Shown one piece after another: positions 36,101 to 48,629 of a stretch of DNA of 64,000 nt (position 1 is its first letter; every line of letters begins with the position of its first letter). The stretch covers positions 5,055,708-5,119,707 of the forward strand of contig OZ316891.1 in NCBI GenBank assembly GCA_973895155.1, given 5' to 3'. A program made the position numbers and the translations under genes. This stretch comes from Marsupella aquatica (taxonomy: Eukaryota; Plantae; Marchantiophyta). The notes under the pieces are model-generated. The model had not been told where the DNA came from and made no database searches. It saw nothing but the letters and a program-made list of their open reading frames with translations.

Positions 36101-39100
36101 GCCGTGTCGCTTCAACATAAAATTATTAATCCAAAAGTACTAAACAGGATATTGAACATCGGAGCCACCTTCGCCAACTTGGAATACATGCAGATGGAGA
36201 AAGGGGTCGACAAACATGACAATGTAAGGGACATACCCATCTCGTCCTGCCATGCAATGAAAGTAGTACTCCTGGGGCCGAAGACCCGTTAAAAAGCGAT
36301 CGCCAATGAAACCACCTGACCTCGCTCCACTATCCCACGGGGCAAAGCATGGGAGAGTTTTCCCTGATGCCATCCTCGGCACTCGCTTCCCTTCGAGCTC
36401 TTGTTGTCCCAAGAGTGAAGAGATCTGGGTAAAATTAACCTGAATTGCAACATTCAACTCACCATCAATTCATCATCGGCCAACTCACGCTTCTCATGCA
36501 CACCACTGTGTACCAGACTACGATTATCGCTTTATTTCCCATTGCTTATTAACACATCACTGAGCTCATCAAGATCTGCCAGCAATAGAGTTCATTTTAT
36601 GTCAAAATAAGTCTTAAGAAGTACCAGCAGAGCTCTGAAACAAACATGAACTGATACGAGATACGAAATATGGCTCAGGCTAAACAAAATGCTTTAACTT
36701 CAAATTTTCCTGGAATTGAACTGTCCAAGAGCAGACAATTAATGCTAGGTAATTATGAGAGGTTACCAATCCACCCTTGGCACCAGTGGTGGTCATCAAA
36801 GAGAAGCAATTTCCCGGGAAGGGCTTAAGCAGGCCATTTGGAAAGAGTGAATTGTTCACATCACTCGTCACGCCATTTAGAGCACCCGACATCATCCTGT
36901 CAAGACGATTACTAGCCACTTCTCCTTTCGCACGCACAATCTTCTCAACTTCACCCTTCACTTTCCTCATATCAATACCTGCACTCCCACAGCTTGTCAG
37001 ATCGTCTTCGCATATTTAAACATTTCTATCTCAAAAACGAGAGTGATGGGATCTCACGGACCCAAAAGCCAACGAAAACAGAGAGGGCTTTCAGGATCAA
37101 TTCAGGAGAAAAGAGACAACTCGAGTGTACTTTGAAGTTCTCACCTGTTTCATCATCCTTTGTACCAGCAAAACGTGCATGAATAGTGTCACCGAGCTTA
37201 TCAGCCTTCCGTAACTTATGCCGGCGATCCTTTTCCGCCTTTGGGATCAGCAAAAGATCACCAATACCGCAAGTGAATCCATGCATCTGCAGATATAGAC
37301 GACCGTACATCAATCTCTGAAATGGAGGATATAATCAAAAACATGTTTTAACCAGCATTGTCTCTGCCTTCGATGGAGCCCATAAATCTTCACATAAATT
37401 ATCCATTTTTGTCCTTTTGTTCTTTCATGCTTCGGATCCATGGGATTTCAAAACACGTACTTCAACAAAATATAGTTCTTTGCGTAAATAATATGTAAAA
37501 GGCCTGCCCTGGCCCAGAACAGGTCTTTTCTATCTAGATTGCATCCTCCTTTACAGTGAGACTAACATGTGACGTGTGGCCATTCAGAGCGTTAACGCAA
37601 TAGTCTTGAGAAAAGCAACCGGTTCACCAAGTTGAAGGCTACATTACCTGCAAAAATGATGTGAAGAGGCGACTGAAAACTGACAACAGTCTCCCTGCAC
37701 TTGAAGATCCATAAAGTTCTTGAAAAGCATGCACGAGTCCATACTTTCCGAATTGCGCTTTGTCTATCACCCCACAAATCAACTCGTTATCCTTAAACAT
37801 AACAACGTCCTCTCCACTGCCACGGCCCCAATACTCCTTTGGCACCTTACCACCAGCTGACATTGTGAAAGGAGGACTTCCATGGGTAATATAATTGAAA
37901 ACTGTTGTCAGAACCTGCAATAGCCATATTGACATCAGATAATTCCTGAGGTTTGCCCCAACCGACATTGACAGAGACTTACAAGTATAATAGTTCAATT
38001 AGAGAAATCGGAGCGCAAGAATCCAAACGTAATTCACTGATCAACACCATACTACGATTACAGGTTGCATAACATATTTGGACGTGGCAAAGTGAAAAGT
38101 ATTATGTGTAAGAGAAAGGATTGATTAGAACAGACGACTCTGGATATTCGTGTAGAGGCCAATTGGTGCAGTTCAGGTGGCTTTACAGTAAACAGCAACT
38201 AAAAGCAAACTTTGAATAAACCCAGAGACTTTGAATAAACCCAGCGACTTCATCACAAGCAAAACTTGCATGTGACCAAAGATAACTAAAGTACACCTGC
38301 TTTCCAGTCCAAAGACGTTGAGGTTTGAGTACGGCAGGCGCAACAGGAACAATGTCAGGATCTCGATCAATCACCCCCATAGCTGCTTTTTTCCTTGGAA
38401 AGCTGGCAAACTTTGACGACACACAAGCAGCATATACGAGCTGCTGATACATTTCCTTTGTGAGAAATGTGTCTCGCTTTGTAAGCAGCGTGGCAGCGAC
38501 AATATGATCCTTCACTCATCAGAACACGTGAAGTATCATCAGGAGTCACATCAAGATGTAGCACATACACATACATAGATGTTTGAGCAATCAAAAGCTC
38601 CATCACTGGGGCCAAAATGTGATAAAAGGTATGTATTGCTGCATCCAGCAGTAGAAAATCTGCGTTTCAGAGCAAAAAACCTGAATGAGACCTCGAATCG
38701 GATTTCCACTAGTTGGAACCACAAACTGTTGATCAGCATTTACAATCTGGTAGCCTTCAGCCCTTCCCATCTCATCTTGTGGGAAGTGCACATTCATTTC
38801 ATCACCATCAAAGTCTGCATTATATGCGCTGCAGTTCAAAACGACCAAGAAAATTGGAGAGAATTCATGAGACAAGTGAATGATACGATACGAGCCTACT
38901 CACTGGCTAATTTCAATACTTCCCTAAAAATTTGTTTTCTGAACAGACTTTAGTCTTAAGATTTCTTCCCCCTCTCGATATTGAGCCGACCTTCATTTAA
39001 AGCTCAGACCATAAAGCCCACCTGCAGTTTGCATAATGCATACGAAGTGTTTTCTCCCCCGTGAGCACTCGAGCACGATGTCCCATAATCCCAGGTTTGT

Positions 39101-42100
39101 GGAGAGTTGGCTGCCCATTCACACCCCACAACAGCTACATCAGCATTCAAATCACACCAAAGAGTTTCGTAGGCAGAACTGGTAGTAAAACACGAGCAGT
39201 TTGCAATTTCAAAACTTAAAAATAATACTACAACGATCTGCAAATAGTACCGCTAGAAACACACGAAAGCGCGAGTATTTTTAAAAGCTCAAAACACTGG
39301 GAGAAGAGCAACAAATCACCTGACGGTTCACCAGTACTATGTCCCCAGTTCGAAGGTGACGGAAAACAGTTTTTCCTCCAGACCTTGGCCCCTCCACATT
39401 TGTTGCTGCACCTCTTGATGAGTTGGAGGCAGCAACACCAGATGCTGACAAAAGAGTCTTGGCAATTGCGCCTAGTTTATGCTTGGGAAGACCTTGGAGG
39501 TTGGTAACTACGCCTTGCTCATCCTCTACAAGGGTTGCACCAGGATAAGCAGATGGTCCATTTTCCACAGCTTCTCTGAGCTGTTGAACATTCCAAGGCG
39601 TAACCCTCTGGTACCAAGAACAAACAATTTACGTGGACAGTGATCAGTTAAGACTGCCTATGCTAAATGCCCAAACATGCAGCCAAAACAGTAGGTGCAA
39701 CATGCCACAATGCATTGAGAATACAGGGCGATGTATAAGAGTAACGTTTACCTCAGGGTAAGTCAAGCGGCTCGCAAAGTATGGAGGAATTCCAATCTCA
39801 TTAACACTGATATAGGGATCTGGTGAAATGACTGAGCGGCAAGCATAATTCACACGCTTTCCCATCATGTTCATTCGAAAAAGGCCCTCTTTCTTCTCAA
39901 GAAGTTGCCGAACACCATTTCCTTGATCTGCTTTCGTTCCAATAGCTGGACAATGCACAGAATCAAAGCCATACTTCAGATTTTGACATCCTCAAAATCC
40001 CACTTAAGCGTGACGTCGAGAACATGCTAGTTTAATATAATGTTTTTTGGAAAAGTCGGTAAATACACCTTACCGGTCGTGCTATCAAGAAGAGCATTCA
40101 CACTATTCTGAAGGTTGAGCCAGAGGGCAGTTGCTTTTGCAAAGTTCAACTGCATAACGGATCCATCTTCTCCCCTTTTGCCTCTTGAAGCCTCTGTCAA
40201 AGACATGTTAGCTTGGATTACCCTGGTGTAGAATACGTTTTGTGGATGTTCCAAAACCTACAAACAAAGTATGAGAGTGAATCCGGAATGGTGATAGCAT
40301 GATGTACCAGAGAAGTAAGAATATACAATTGACGGAACACGGTGCCAAAGGATACAACCACTCTGACAAAACAACAACACTGAATTCACAACCACGTACT
40401 AATCCCCGAGACTTTTGACAGACATTTGACATCTTCTACCCAATACTAATTATCTTAAGGATTAAGCCTACATAAGAGGGTCTAGTCTTACTTTGTCATC
40501 CATTTTGTTCGGTGGACGAAACCTGTTGGGAGTAACTAAAATAGTTTGCAAGAAAAACATCTTGGAGGCACTGCTTGTCTTCCGTGATGTTGAGAGCAAA
40601 CCAACAGCATGCTGCGCACCCCAAACCAGTGAGCAGATACGTTCTTCAATCTCCCAGGCACGCCTTAGGTGTTCCCTGACCTGGGATACAAGAAGCGTAA
40701 CATTTCATTTGGCTTCAGAGTTAGACAGGTCACATAACAAATTGAGTAAGAAGAAAATAATGCATGCCTCTAGTCCTTTGAAACAGTTGAGATTGAAACG
40801 CCACGGTTAGGCACATGGAGGTCCGATCCTTATTCTTTATATGAATATCACAACACAAGGAACTGGAGACAAGCGGAAAACATAGATATAACAAAACAAG
40901 GAAATACCGTGGCAGTTTGACATGATCTTGTCCTAAATTTTCTATTTCCGCCACGACCATCAAGATTGACTTGAAACCTACTTCATTGGCTACGTCTATC
41001 ATAATTGAGTAAGAGGTTAGTACAAAATCGTTGAACACCAGAAAAATTATTCCTCTTGAAAGGATACCTCGGACGGCGTTATAAATTTGCTTTGATTGGA
41101 TGATTCAGAACCGTCTTGTTCCAGTATTGTTTCCTCAAGACTGGTGTGGTCCTCTCCCTCTTTATCAATTTCCATGACATCTGCCCCACTGCGTTCCAAA
41201 TTGGCACCATCCTTGAATTTTGCCGAGCTTGAAAAAAGCGACACACTTTTGATACCTCTCTCGATGTTTGCACGCAGTGCACTTTTAGGAAGAGGTTTCT
41301 GCAAAACCAAGAGAAATTAATTCTCCATAAGTGGTCAAGAAGAGATTCAGGACAGCTTACTCAGGCTGTTTGAGAAATAAAAACTTAGCAATAGCGTTCA
41401 ATGGAACCTAAATCATAAATACCTGGAAAAGCTTTCCAACACCTTCGCTCCTAACATTAGGTACATTTGCCAGACAGTTCTCACACTTCCTGTTCGGAAT
41501 TGAGCTGATAAACTGATTAATGACCTCCTTGGTAGCATCAATTTGGCTAGAAGTCCATTCACGTTTCTTCTCCCGTACCCAGCTTTCTCCTTGCGAATCG
41601 ACGCTCCTGTCGACTTCGGGCAATACATTGTCCATTCCACTGACAGCGTTATCCTCTTCCAAACCCTCTTCTTCACTCTTCTTCACAAAAATATTCAGTG
41701 CTTCCACCATTCGCCCTTGCGAGATGAGATCCAACTTGTCCGCAAACATTGCCACCTTCCAATTGTCACCAATAACATTTCAGATCCTGCGCCTTGTACA
41801 GAGTAAAATCCTTCTCCGACCCTGAATTGAAATTTACAACTATAGGAATGTGGTTGGATCTTACCCTGCTTTTGTGCATCTTGAAATGATGACAGTATAT
41901 GCAGACAGCTCGGAAAATCTTAACCATAATCTTGAAAACGAGTGGATTGTAGACTGGAAGCATGAGGTCGATGTGGCCACAATGTCCAGGGCATTGCATC
42001 GCAGTGAGTCCGCATGTTTTACAGCTGAAACAATTTCATGGACTCAACGGAATGAGATATTCAGACAAGGATTAGGGGAAAGGCTACGGTGAAAAGGAGT

Positions 42101-42526
42101 ACGGTCCTCGAACCTGAGTCCCCACTGCTAAAAAGAGAACTAAGATAAATCCCAGCCAAGTTAGATCCCTAAAAAATGCAGCTTAGACCATATTTCGAGC
42201 AGAATTTTACATACTTCCCATATTTCTCAAGCGGACCGAGGGTCAGATCGTAAAGACCTCCGGGAACTGGATTCTTCAGATTGTCGAAGAGCACAGGATT
42301 GGAAATTTGCTTCACACTCGTGGCATGCACCTCATCATCGTTGTAGAAAGAGAAGTCAACAGAATCGATCACCTTATAGACGACCTGAGCAAAATCAAGG
42401 CCACGGCGTCCAGAAAATTGGACAAAACGTGAGCAGAAATGGTACATTGATTTCTTCACAGCAAGGCGTACAATCATCACAAATTCGAGGAGAGAACCGC
42501 CATTGAATTCATCGACTCACCTTCAT
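33192..42526 (-). CDS. NRPA1: DNA-directed RNA polymerase I largest subunit (RPA1/NRPA1), ~21 exons; first coding exon 42526-42521 (ATG AAG), last 33764-33192
   Basis: [21 protein letters not shown] (Zn site), [36 protein letters not shown], catalytic [77 protein letters not shown], the Pol I acidic expander, YGVEAAR and SPSARIV.G...GTGSFEL. No CTD heptads. Confidence 0.97.
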
Positions 42527-42648
42527 TTCCGCTGTCCCCTTTTCGAGACAGAGCCCGTAATCGAAGTCACAAAACTTCGAGAATCTGCAAATCTCACGAA
42601 GGAGGAGAGATTTCTCACTAGTGCCACTTCCGCTCCTCTCTCAACCTT

Positions 42649-42664
42649 AAACCCTAAACCCTAA
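42649..42664. promoter_or_regulatory. Tandem telo-box upstream of NRPA1
   Basis: AAACCCTAAACCCTAA about 125 bp upstream of the inferred ATG. Confidence 0.7.
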
Positions 42665-42840
42665 TCACATCGGGCTAAATGTAACTCTCCAGTCAGGGTG
42701 CGGGTTTACAGCACCGGCAGCTCTGGATAAGTGCACACTCCCGAGAAGAACCCAACAGTGTGTGATAGGGCGTCCCAAACGTGAAGGGCTGCACAAGGAC
42801 CCCTTGTTCAAAAGTGTGAGTTGTGGGCGGTCACAAGTGG

Positions 42841-43017
42841 TAGGACAAGCTTTTGCAAGTACTCTAATGTATTTCCGGGAAAAGGTGTGACCCGAACCAA
42901 AACCCAAAGGTTTGAGACCCCATAGTTGCCAGGGGTAGGACAAGCTTTTGCAAGTACTCTAATTTATATCCAGGAAAAGGTGTGACCCGAACCAAAATCC
43001 AAAGGTTTGAGACCCCA
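42841..43017. repeat. Direct duplication (~80-bp unit, 95-bp period) in the NRPA1 upstream region
   Basis: taggacaagcttttgcaagtactctaat...ggaaaaggtgtgacccgaaccaaaa.ccaaaggtttgagacccc at 42841 and 42936. Confidence 0.9.
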
Positions 43018-44133
43018 TGCATGCATAGTTACCAGGCCGGGACAAAAGTTATGTGATCATCATAGGCTCAACTAGAGTAATATATTGAGCTTGATTTGAT
43101 TGGACTGATTGACAGTAAGGTTTTGACAATAAGTTGCTACAATAGGTCCTGGGCTAATTTCAGGCCCCACTACAATATTGAACTAAAGTTCAGCCAACAA
43201 GGCCCCTGACCAAACCTACATGGTCACAATACAGTTCAGCCAATAACTAGGGTTTGCACTGCATGTTAAGTGCAAAACCTTGGAATTTGCATTTATTGAT
43301 AAGTGGGTATGGTTTAGACAATGGGCAATGGCCCCCGCCGTCAATAGAGATACTTGTGGCTTCCCTCTTATGTTGTAGAGCTCTACCCGAAATGAGATCC
43401 CCCACCTCATAACTGCAAATTTAATTCAATAAAAAATTACCTGCACTTATCAATGAGTGCGAGTTGAGGAAAATGTGTGTGTATTGATAAGTGTCCATGA
43501 ATCCTTATAGAGGGTTCACACTTATGTGTTTGTTGCTTATGTGCTTAATATGTGTTTGTTGTGGACTTGTAGAGTTCTAATTAGCCCATCCTAGTTGTGT
43601 GGTTTATATCATTCTAGGGTCCATCAGAGCATCATATTTCACTAGACTCTCTTACTAGTGCCTGGGATACAGAGAACTGGTTTCATGGAATTTGCAGTTG
43701 AGATGGTTTGGCCCCAAACTCTTCCCAATGTTCATGAAGATTATCCAAGCTATTAAAAACTTTGACAAGAACAAATTTCATTGGAATATTCCAATAAAAC
43801 TCAGGATGGCCTCTGGGCCAATGAACTACCCTTGCCCTGGACGAAAAGAAGAGATCGATGATTGGTTGATACATGATCAAGCTAAAGCCTCTAGCTGTCA
43901 AATGTGAAACCATGTCATTTCCATACCTTGGAATCTACAAGTCATTAGTGGACTGACCAGGGACTCTCGGGTTTGTGGGACCTCTTTGGTCTTCTTGGAG
44001 TGTGTTCCCCATCCCTCCCCCCCCCCCCCCCCTCTTTTGGATGTTTTGCCTTAGTTTGGGACCCTGTTCCAGGTTTGGCATTTTTTGTTCTTTTGTCAGT
44101 GCAATATATAAATAAATAGATAAATATATATAT

Positions 44134-44435
44134 CCAGGGTCCTCACTTCTTTTCTTTCGACCCATCACGCGCGAATAAGTATAGGGTTTTTCTATTGGGT
44201 TTAGTGAAATACTTTTAAATTTTTGTTGAAGAACATTAGGGTTATTTTAATCCAATTTTGAGAATTATAAGAATCATAGGGTTTTTTAATGAAATATGAG
44301 AATATTCTTTGAATATTCCATTAAGTTAGGGGAAAACATTCCTAAAAAAAACTTTATTGACTTAACTTTTAGGGTGTTTATTCCCCCAAAACTCTGAGCT
44401 TGATATGGAACACCCCTTGGATTGAGGCCCCCAAG
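44134..44435. mobile_element. MITE-like element (~300 bp), copy 2
   Basis: Similar to 9529-9821 (gcgcgaa.aagt, ttgttgaagaa, taatccaatttg.gaattataagaa, ccttgga.tgaggccccc). Inserted in (TA)n sequence. Confidence 0.65.
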
Positions 44436-45045
44436 ATATATATACATATATAAAGTGAACATGAGCAAATTTTACTTGTGCCTACTAAACTTTTTTGTAG
44501 GTACATATATTTCTGCCTTGATGATTATTTATATTTGGGTTGCTAGTGAAAAGGATTAAAAATGGTTTACATGGCCTCCCATAATCATGTTGTTTACAAT
44601 TTTATTGGGAAGCGTTACTTCTTGTCTTATTCTATCATAAATCATCAAGGTCTCCTATGGCAAGTAGATATCATGGAATTGAGAAATGTGACAGAGCGCT
44701 ACAGGCCGCTGTAACTAGCTTGATAACTGGTCTCTCTCACCCCCCCCCCCCCCACACGCACACACACCCCCAAACAAAAACAAAATAAATAATCCAAACA
44801 AACACAACTACGCTGACACTTCCGGTACATGGCATCTCAAACATACACTATATACAATTACACCTTCCATGTGTTACTCTGGCCTCCTATGCTCTCATAC
44901 TGTCTAGAGCCCACTCAAGGCACTTCAGGTTTGAAAGGATTCTCCTAGCCAAGGGAAAGTACTAAGGTTGGCTTTTCATGAGGAAACAACCCAATGCCCG
45001 TGCGTTGCACAAATGTAGTCGTTGTGGCCATGTTGTTGTCATTGT

Positions 45046-45389
45046 TGTTGAGCATAGACGACATTCGCAACGGCAAGCCCATGAACCATCCAACGCACAA
45101 TAGTCGACACAAAGAGATACGTGGTTCACCTCCACATGAGGCTACGTCCACGGGAACACACAAGAGTTTTACTGCACTCTAGGCTGACCAACCATACCAA
45201 GCATCCACAGCACAAGCTCTCCCTATCTCTCAACTAGCTCCGTAACAATGAGCCTAAGTTCCACCAGGGTCTGGAATCAGCCCTGGCTATATGCACAATA
45301 GCACTACCGCTAACATTAGCTAAGTCCTAACCCGAGTTAGACTAACTGTGGTTAGCTCATGAGTCACAAGACTAGAGCAATATCTAACA
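45046..45389. mobile_element. Solo LTR (344 bp), copy 1
   Basis: Termini TGTTGAG...TCTAACA; flanks ATTGT/ATTGC (5-bp TSD with one mismatch). High identity to 49136-49477. Confidence 0.85.
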
Positions 45390-45814
45390 ATTGCAACAAT
45401 GCCCATGTTTTGGACAAGAATGTTGAGGGGGGGGGGCAAGTTGGATGCAAGCTAGGAAGTATTGTCATAATTCTGGTTGAGTTGTGCAGTGTGGTTTAGA
45501 AAGTTTTGTTGTTTCACTTGGGTGGTTTTTGTTGTAATTTTAGTTAATCATGTTGTTGTTGGGAATGGCGAGGGCAGGGGGCGCAAGATAGGCAACAACA
45601 TTGTGGGGTCCAGGTATGGTCAAGCTGCATTAAGTGGAGGGACAACATTTTTCCTTTTCTAAATTTTGTTTTCCTCCCCCCGAGCCTCCACCTGCCCTCC
45701 CTTTGTCTCCTTCTGCTTTCCCTCTTGCTCCCTTCTGCTCCCTCCCTCCAAAGTGATTGAAAAAACAGAACAAAAATGCAGGCAGGGACAAATAAAGAAA
45801 ATTAACTCAAACTA

Positions 45815-46657
45815 CCGTCTTCTCCCGAACATAACGCCCGGGCTTTGTGTTCAAATATGACTTTTTTTGGGTCCTAAAAGTAAAAAGTGGTTTTTATTCA
45901 AACACATCATCGGATTAAGACAACGCCCGGGCGCTATGTTTGAGTTTGGTGTTGTGTTCGAAGTTAGTGCAACTTTGGCGTTGTGTTCAAAGTTGGCACA
46001 CACTTTCAAAGTTGGCGCAACACAGTGTTGGCGTTGGCTCTATGTGAGATTGTATTTGGTAGGTAGCGTAATTCAAAACTGAACAAATGAAGTACTTAGG
46101 CAGTCCACAAATTTTGCAGCATGTAGCAACAATTTATCAAACAAAAGCTCAGAACACATAGTTGACAACTTGTCCAAGTCTCCTTGGTTATGTGATTTTA
46201 TTGTGCTGTTAGACATATTTGTATTGTTTGAGGCAACCAAACAATTGTCTTATGGTATGACATGCACTAAGTTGACAATAGTGATGCTTTGGAACAATTT
46301 TTAGAATATTGTTGTTTGTCATAAATTTATGGTGGTTATGATTTGCAAGGTCTGTTCTCTTACCTTCCCTTGTGTAATTCCAGCGTTTGAATTACCTACA
46401 CATTCCCAAACACTTTATTTAAGACTTCAGTTTGTGCTTACAGAATACATTTATTAATCTCCTAACCTTGTACACAACGGCCTAAACTCAAACACAGCGT
46501 CAAACTCAAACACAACGCTATTTTTGAACACAACGCCACAAGTGAAAAAAATCCAAAACCATGTAAACAAAATTGAACACAATACCTAGGGCGCTATATT
46601 TGAATATAGCGCCCCCTGGCCCACTAGCGCCTGGGCATTGTGTTCGGGGGAAGACTG
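45815..46657. mobile_element. Non-autonomous DNA transposon with ~30-bp TIRs and TA flanks (Tc1/mariner-pogo-like)
   Basis: TA|CCGTCTTCTCCCGAACATAACGCCCGGGC ... GCCTGGGCATTGTGTTCGGGGGAAGACTG|TA. Subterminal GCGTTGTGTTCAAA-type motifs on the left are mirrored by TTGAACACAACGC on the right. No transposase ORF. Confidence 0.8.
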
Positions 46658-47632
46658 TAGGGAAGAAGAAAAACCCCCTCCATAGCAAAAAGCCAAAGAG
46701 CCCCTCCACAGCAAAAAGCCTTCAATGTAGTGGCTATATGTCAAAAACTACTATATATGTATTGGCACACAGTATTGGCAATATATGTAGCTTGCATTTA
46801 CTCTATAACCAAGTATATCCTTTGACATCCTGACCTCTTTCAATCAATCCAAGCCTGTCAAAATCCTAGAATACATTTGGTGGTATTGTTGTGTTCCATC
46901 TCTAACCATGTTTGTAAATACACCATGTGGAATTTGGCGGGATTCTTTATTATTGTGCTTGATGCGCCAGTCATTTGTGTTCTACCATACCTGATTGACC
47001 AGGCCTGCCATTTAAACTGCCTCTAGCTTGATGAAAGACGGTGCCAGTGAGGCACAAACATTTGAGGTTCTAGTGTCATAATGAGAAAATACTGAGCATC
47101 CCTTCAAAATTCCATCCAATTGTTGCCTTAAACATTCACCAAAAGTTCACCTTCCACACAAGCATTATGGGCTCAGTTGATGTAGGATTGCAAGAAGTAC
47201 ATCATGTAGGATTCATTGGCTCAATCTCATGTAAAGCCAAACCAGTTGGGTCATTGAATGAATGGCTCTGATGAAATCTAAAAGCAATTTTAAGGTACTG
47301 ATTGATCTTAGATTGTCTGGTCATTTTGTCATGTATATCCAACCTATGGCGTTGTGTGGACAAATCACACAATACAGCAATGCCCTGTCCCAACTGTCTC
47401 ACCCACAGTTAGATACAACCGGGGATACAACACAAGGACATCACAAGCTGGGTAGAGTGATGGTAAAGCTATGTGTCTGACCTTCACTATGAAGTAAGTT
47501 TGACTGAGCTCACTCAGAACTATATATGGGGGTGCTATGAGTTTAGGTGGTGGAGCATCTGGTGACCATTGAGTTTAGGGTCAATTGAGTTCCTTGAACA
47601 TAAATAGACATGAGAAAGAAAGAAAAAAAAAC

Positions 47633-48025
47633 CTTGCAGAGAAGAACTTAAAGCCAGGATAGACACAAACGTTTGTAGGGACAACCCGGATGGATACAGC
47701 CTGTTGACACTGTAACACCAATCCTTAACAACACACAAAATGGATTACAGGTGTCTTATGAACGGAAGCTGACCAAGATTTAGACATTATGTTAAGTACG
47801 TTTAACCTCCTCCGTTGCTCCTGCTTGGACAGACTACGGGAAGAAATAACCAAAAACTTCCTGCTCCCGGTCAAACAGCTCGTTACAGGTCACCATTGGA
47901 GCACAAGTGAAAAATGTGTTATACAAGCACAATCTTAGGTTTGTTCTGTGTCCATCCAGATTGTGTTTGTCCATGGGAGCTTTTTCTCAAACGTTTGTGT
48001 CTATCCTGGCTTTAAGTTCTGCAAG
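47633..48025. repeat. Fold-back inverted repeat with perfect 33-bp arms
   Basis: AGAACTTAAAGCCAGGATAGACACAAACGTTTG (47643-47675) is the exact reverse complement of 47988-48020. Outer CTTGCAG/CTGCAAG and inner GGATGGATACAG/CTGTGTCCATCC pairings extend it. Confidence 0.9.
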
Positions 48026-48629
48026 CAGAGAATGGATCCTGTGCTATTTCTTGTCCATCTTTGTTCCCATTCCTACTTTTTGTCTTCACTTCCACTTATG
48101 CCCCCAGTTAGAGTCAGGATGGAGAGGTTTCAGTCTAGACAGTAGCTTTGGATTGTGCTTTAATACTTGGATGATTTCTGCTCCTGATCATGTCATCTGA
48201 GACAGATTGGGCTTGCATTGCAATCTAACATAGTCTTAATTAGTGCAAATAATAATTAATAATTTAAAAATAATATGAGAGCAGATTTTGGCAGGGGAGG
48301 AAATCAAATTCCAGACATAGCAGCCTGAGTCTAAATCGGGGTCTCAATGCCCCAACAACCTAGAAAGAATGTTTTCTGCTGCTAAGCTGGGTGGCAATCA
48401 CATATTGTTTTTTTGGTTTTTTTTTATAAAACAATTAAAGGGGAAATCTGCGAAACTACACATAAAGGGAAGAATCAGTTACAACTGAACACAAGACTTA
48501 TCAATCTCCACTCAAGTGAGTTACCCTAAAGCCATGCCTCTATGGGCAGCAATCAAATGTTTTGGCTGGGTGTCACCACTTAGAAAAGGTTGAAGTTAGC
48601 CCCAAACACAAGTTTTGGCTTGGTATAAG

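Noticed and set aside
38510-38680. UGAUG/CUGA motifs and a weak AAG acceptor in an NRPA1 intron
   Set aside because: No convincing terminal stem or antisense element. The acceptor is required by the protein alignment and is still AG.
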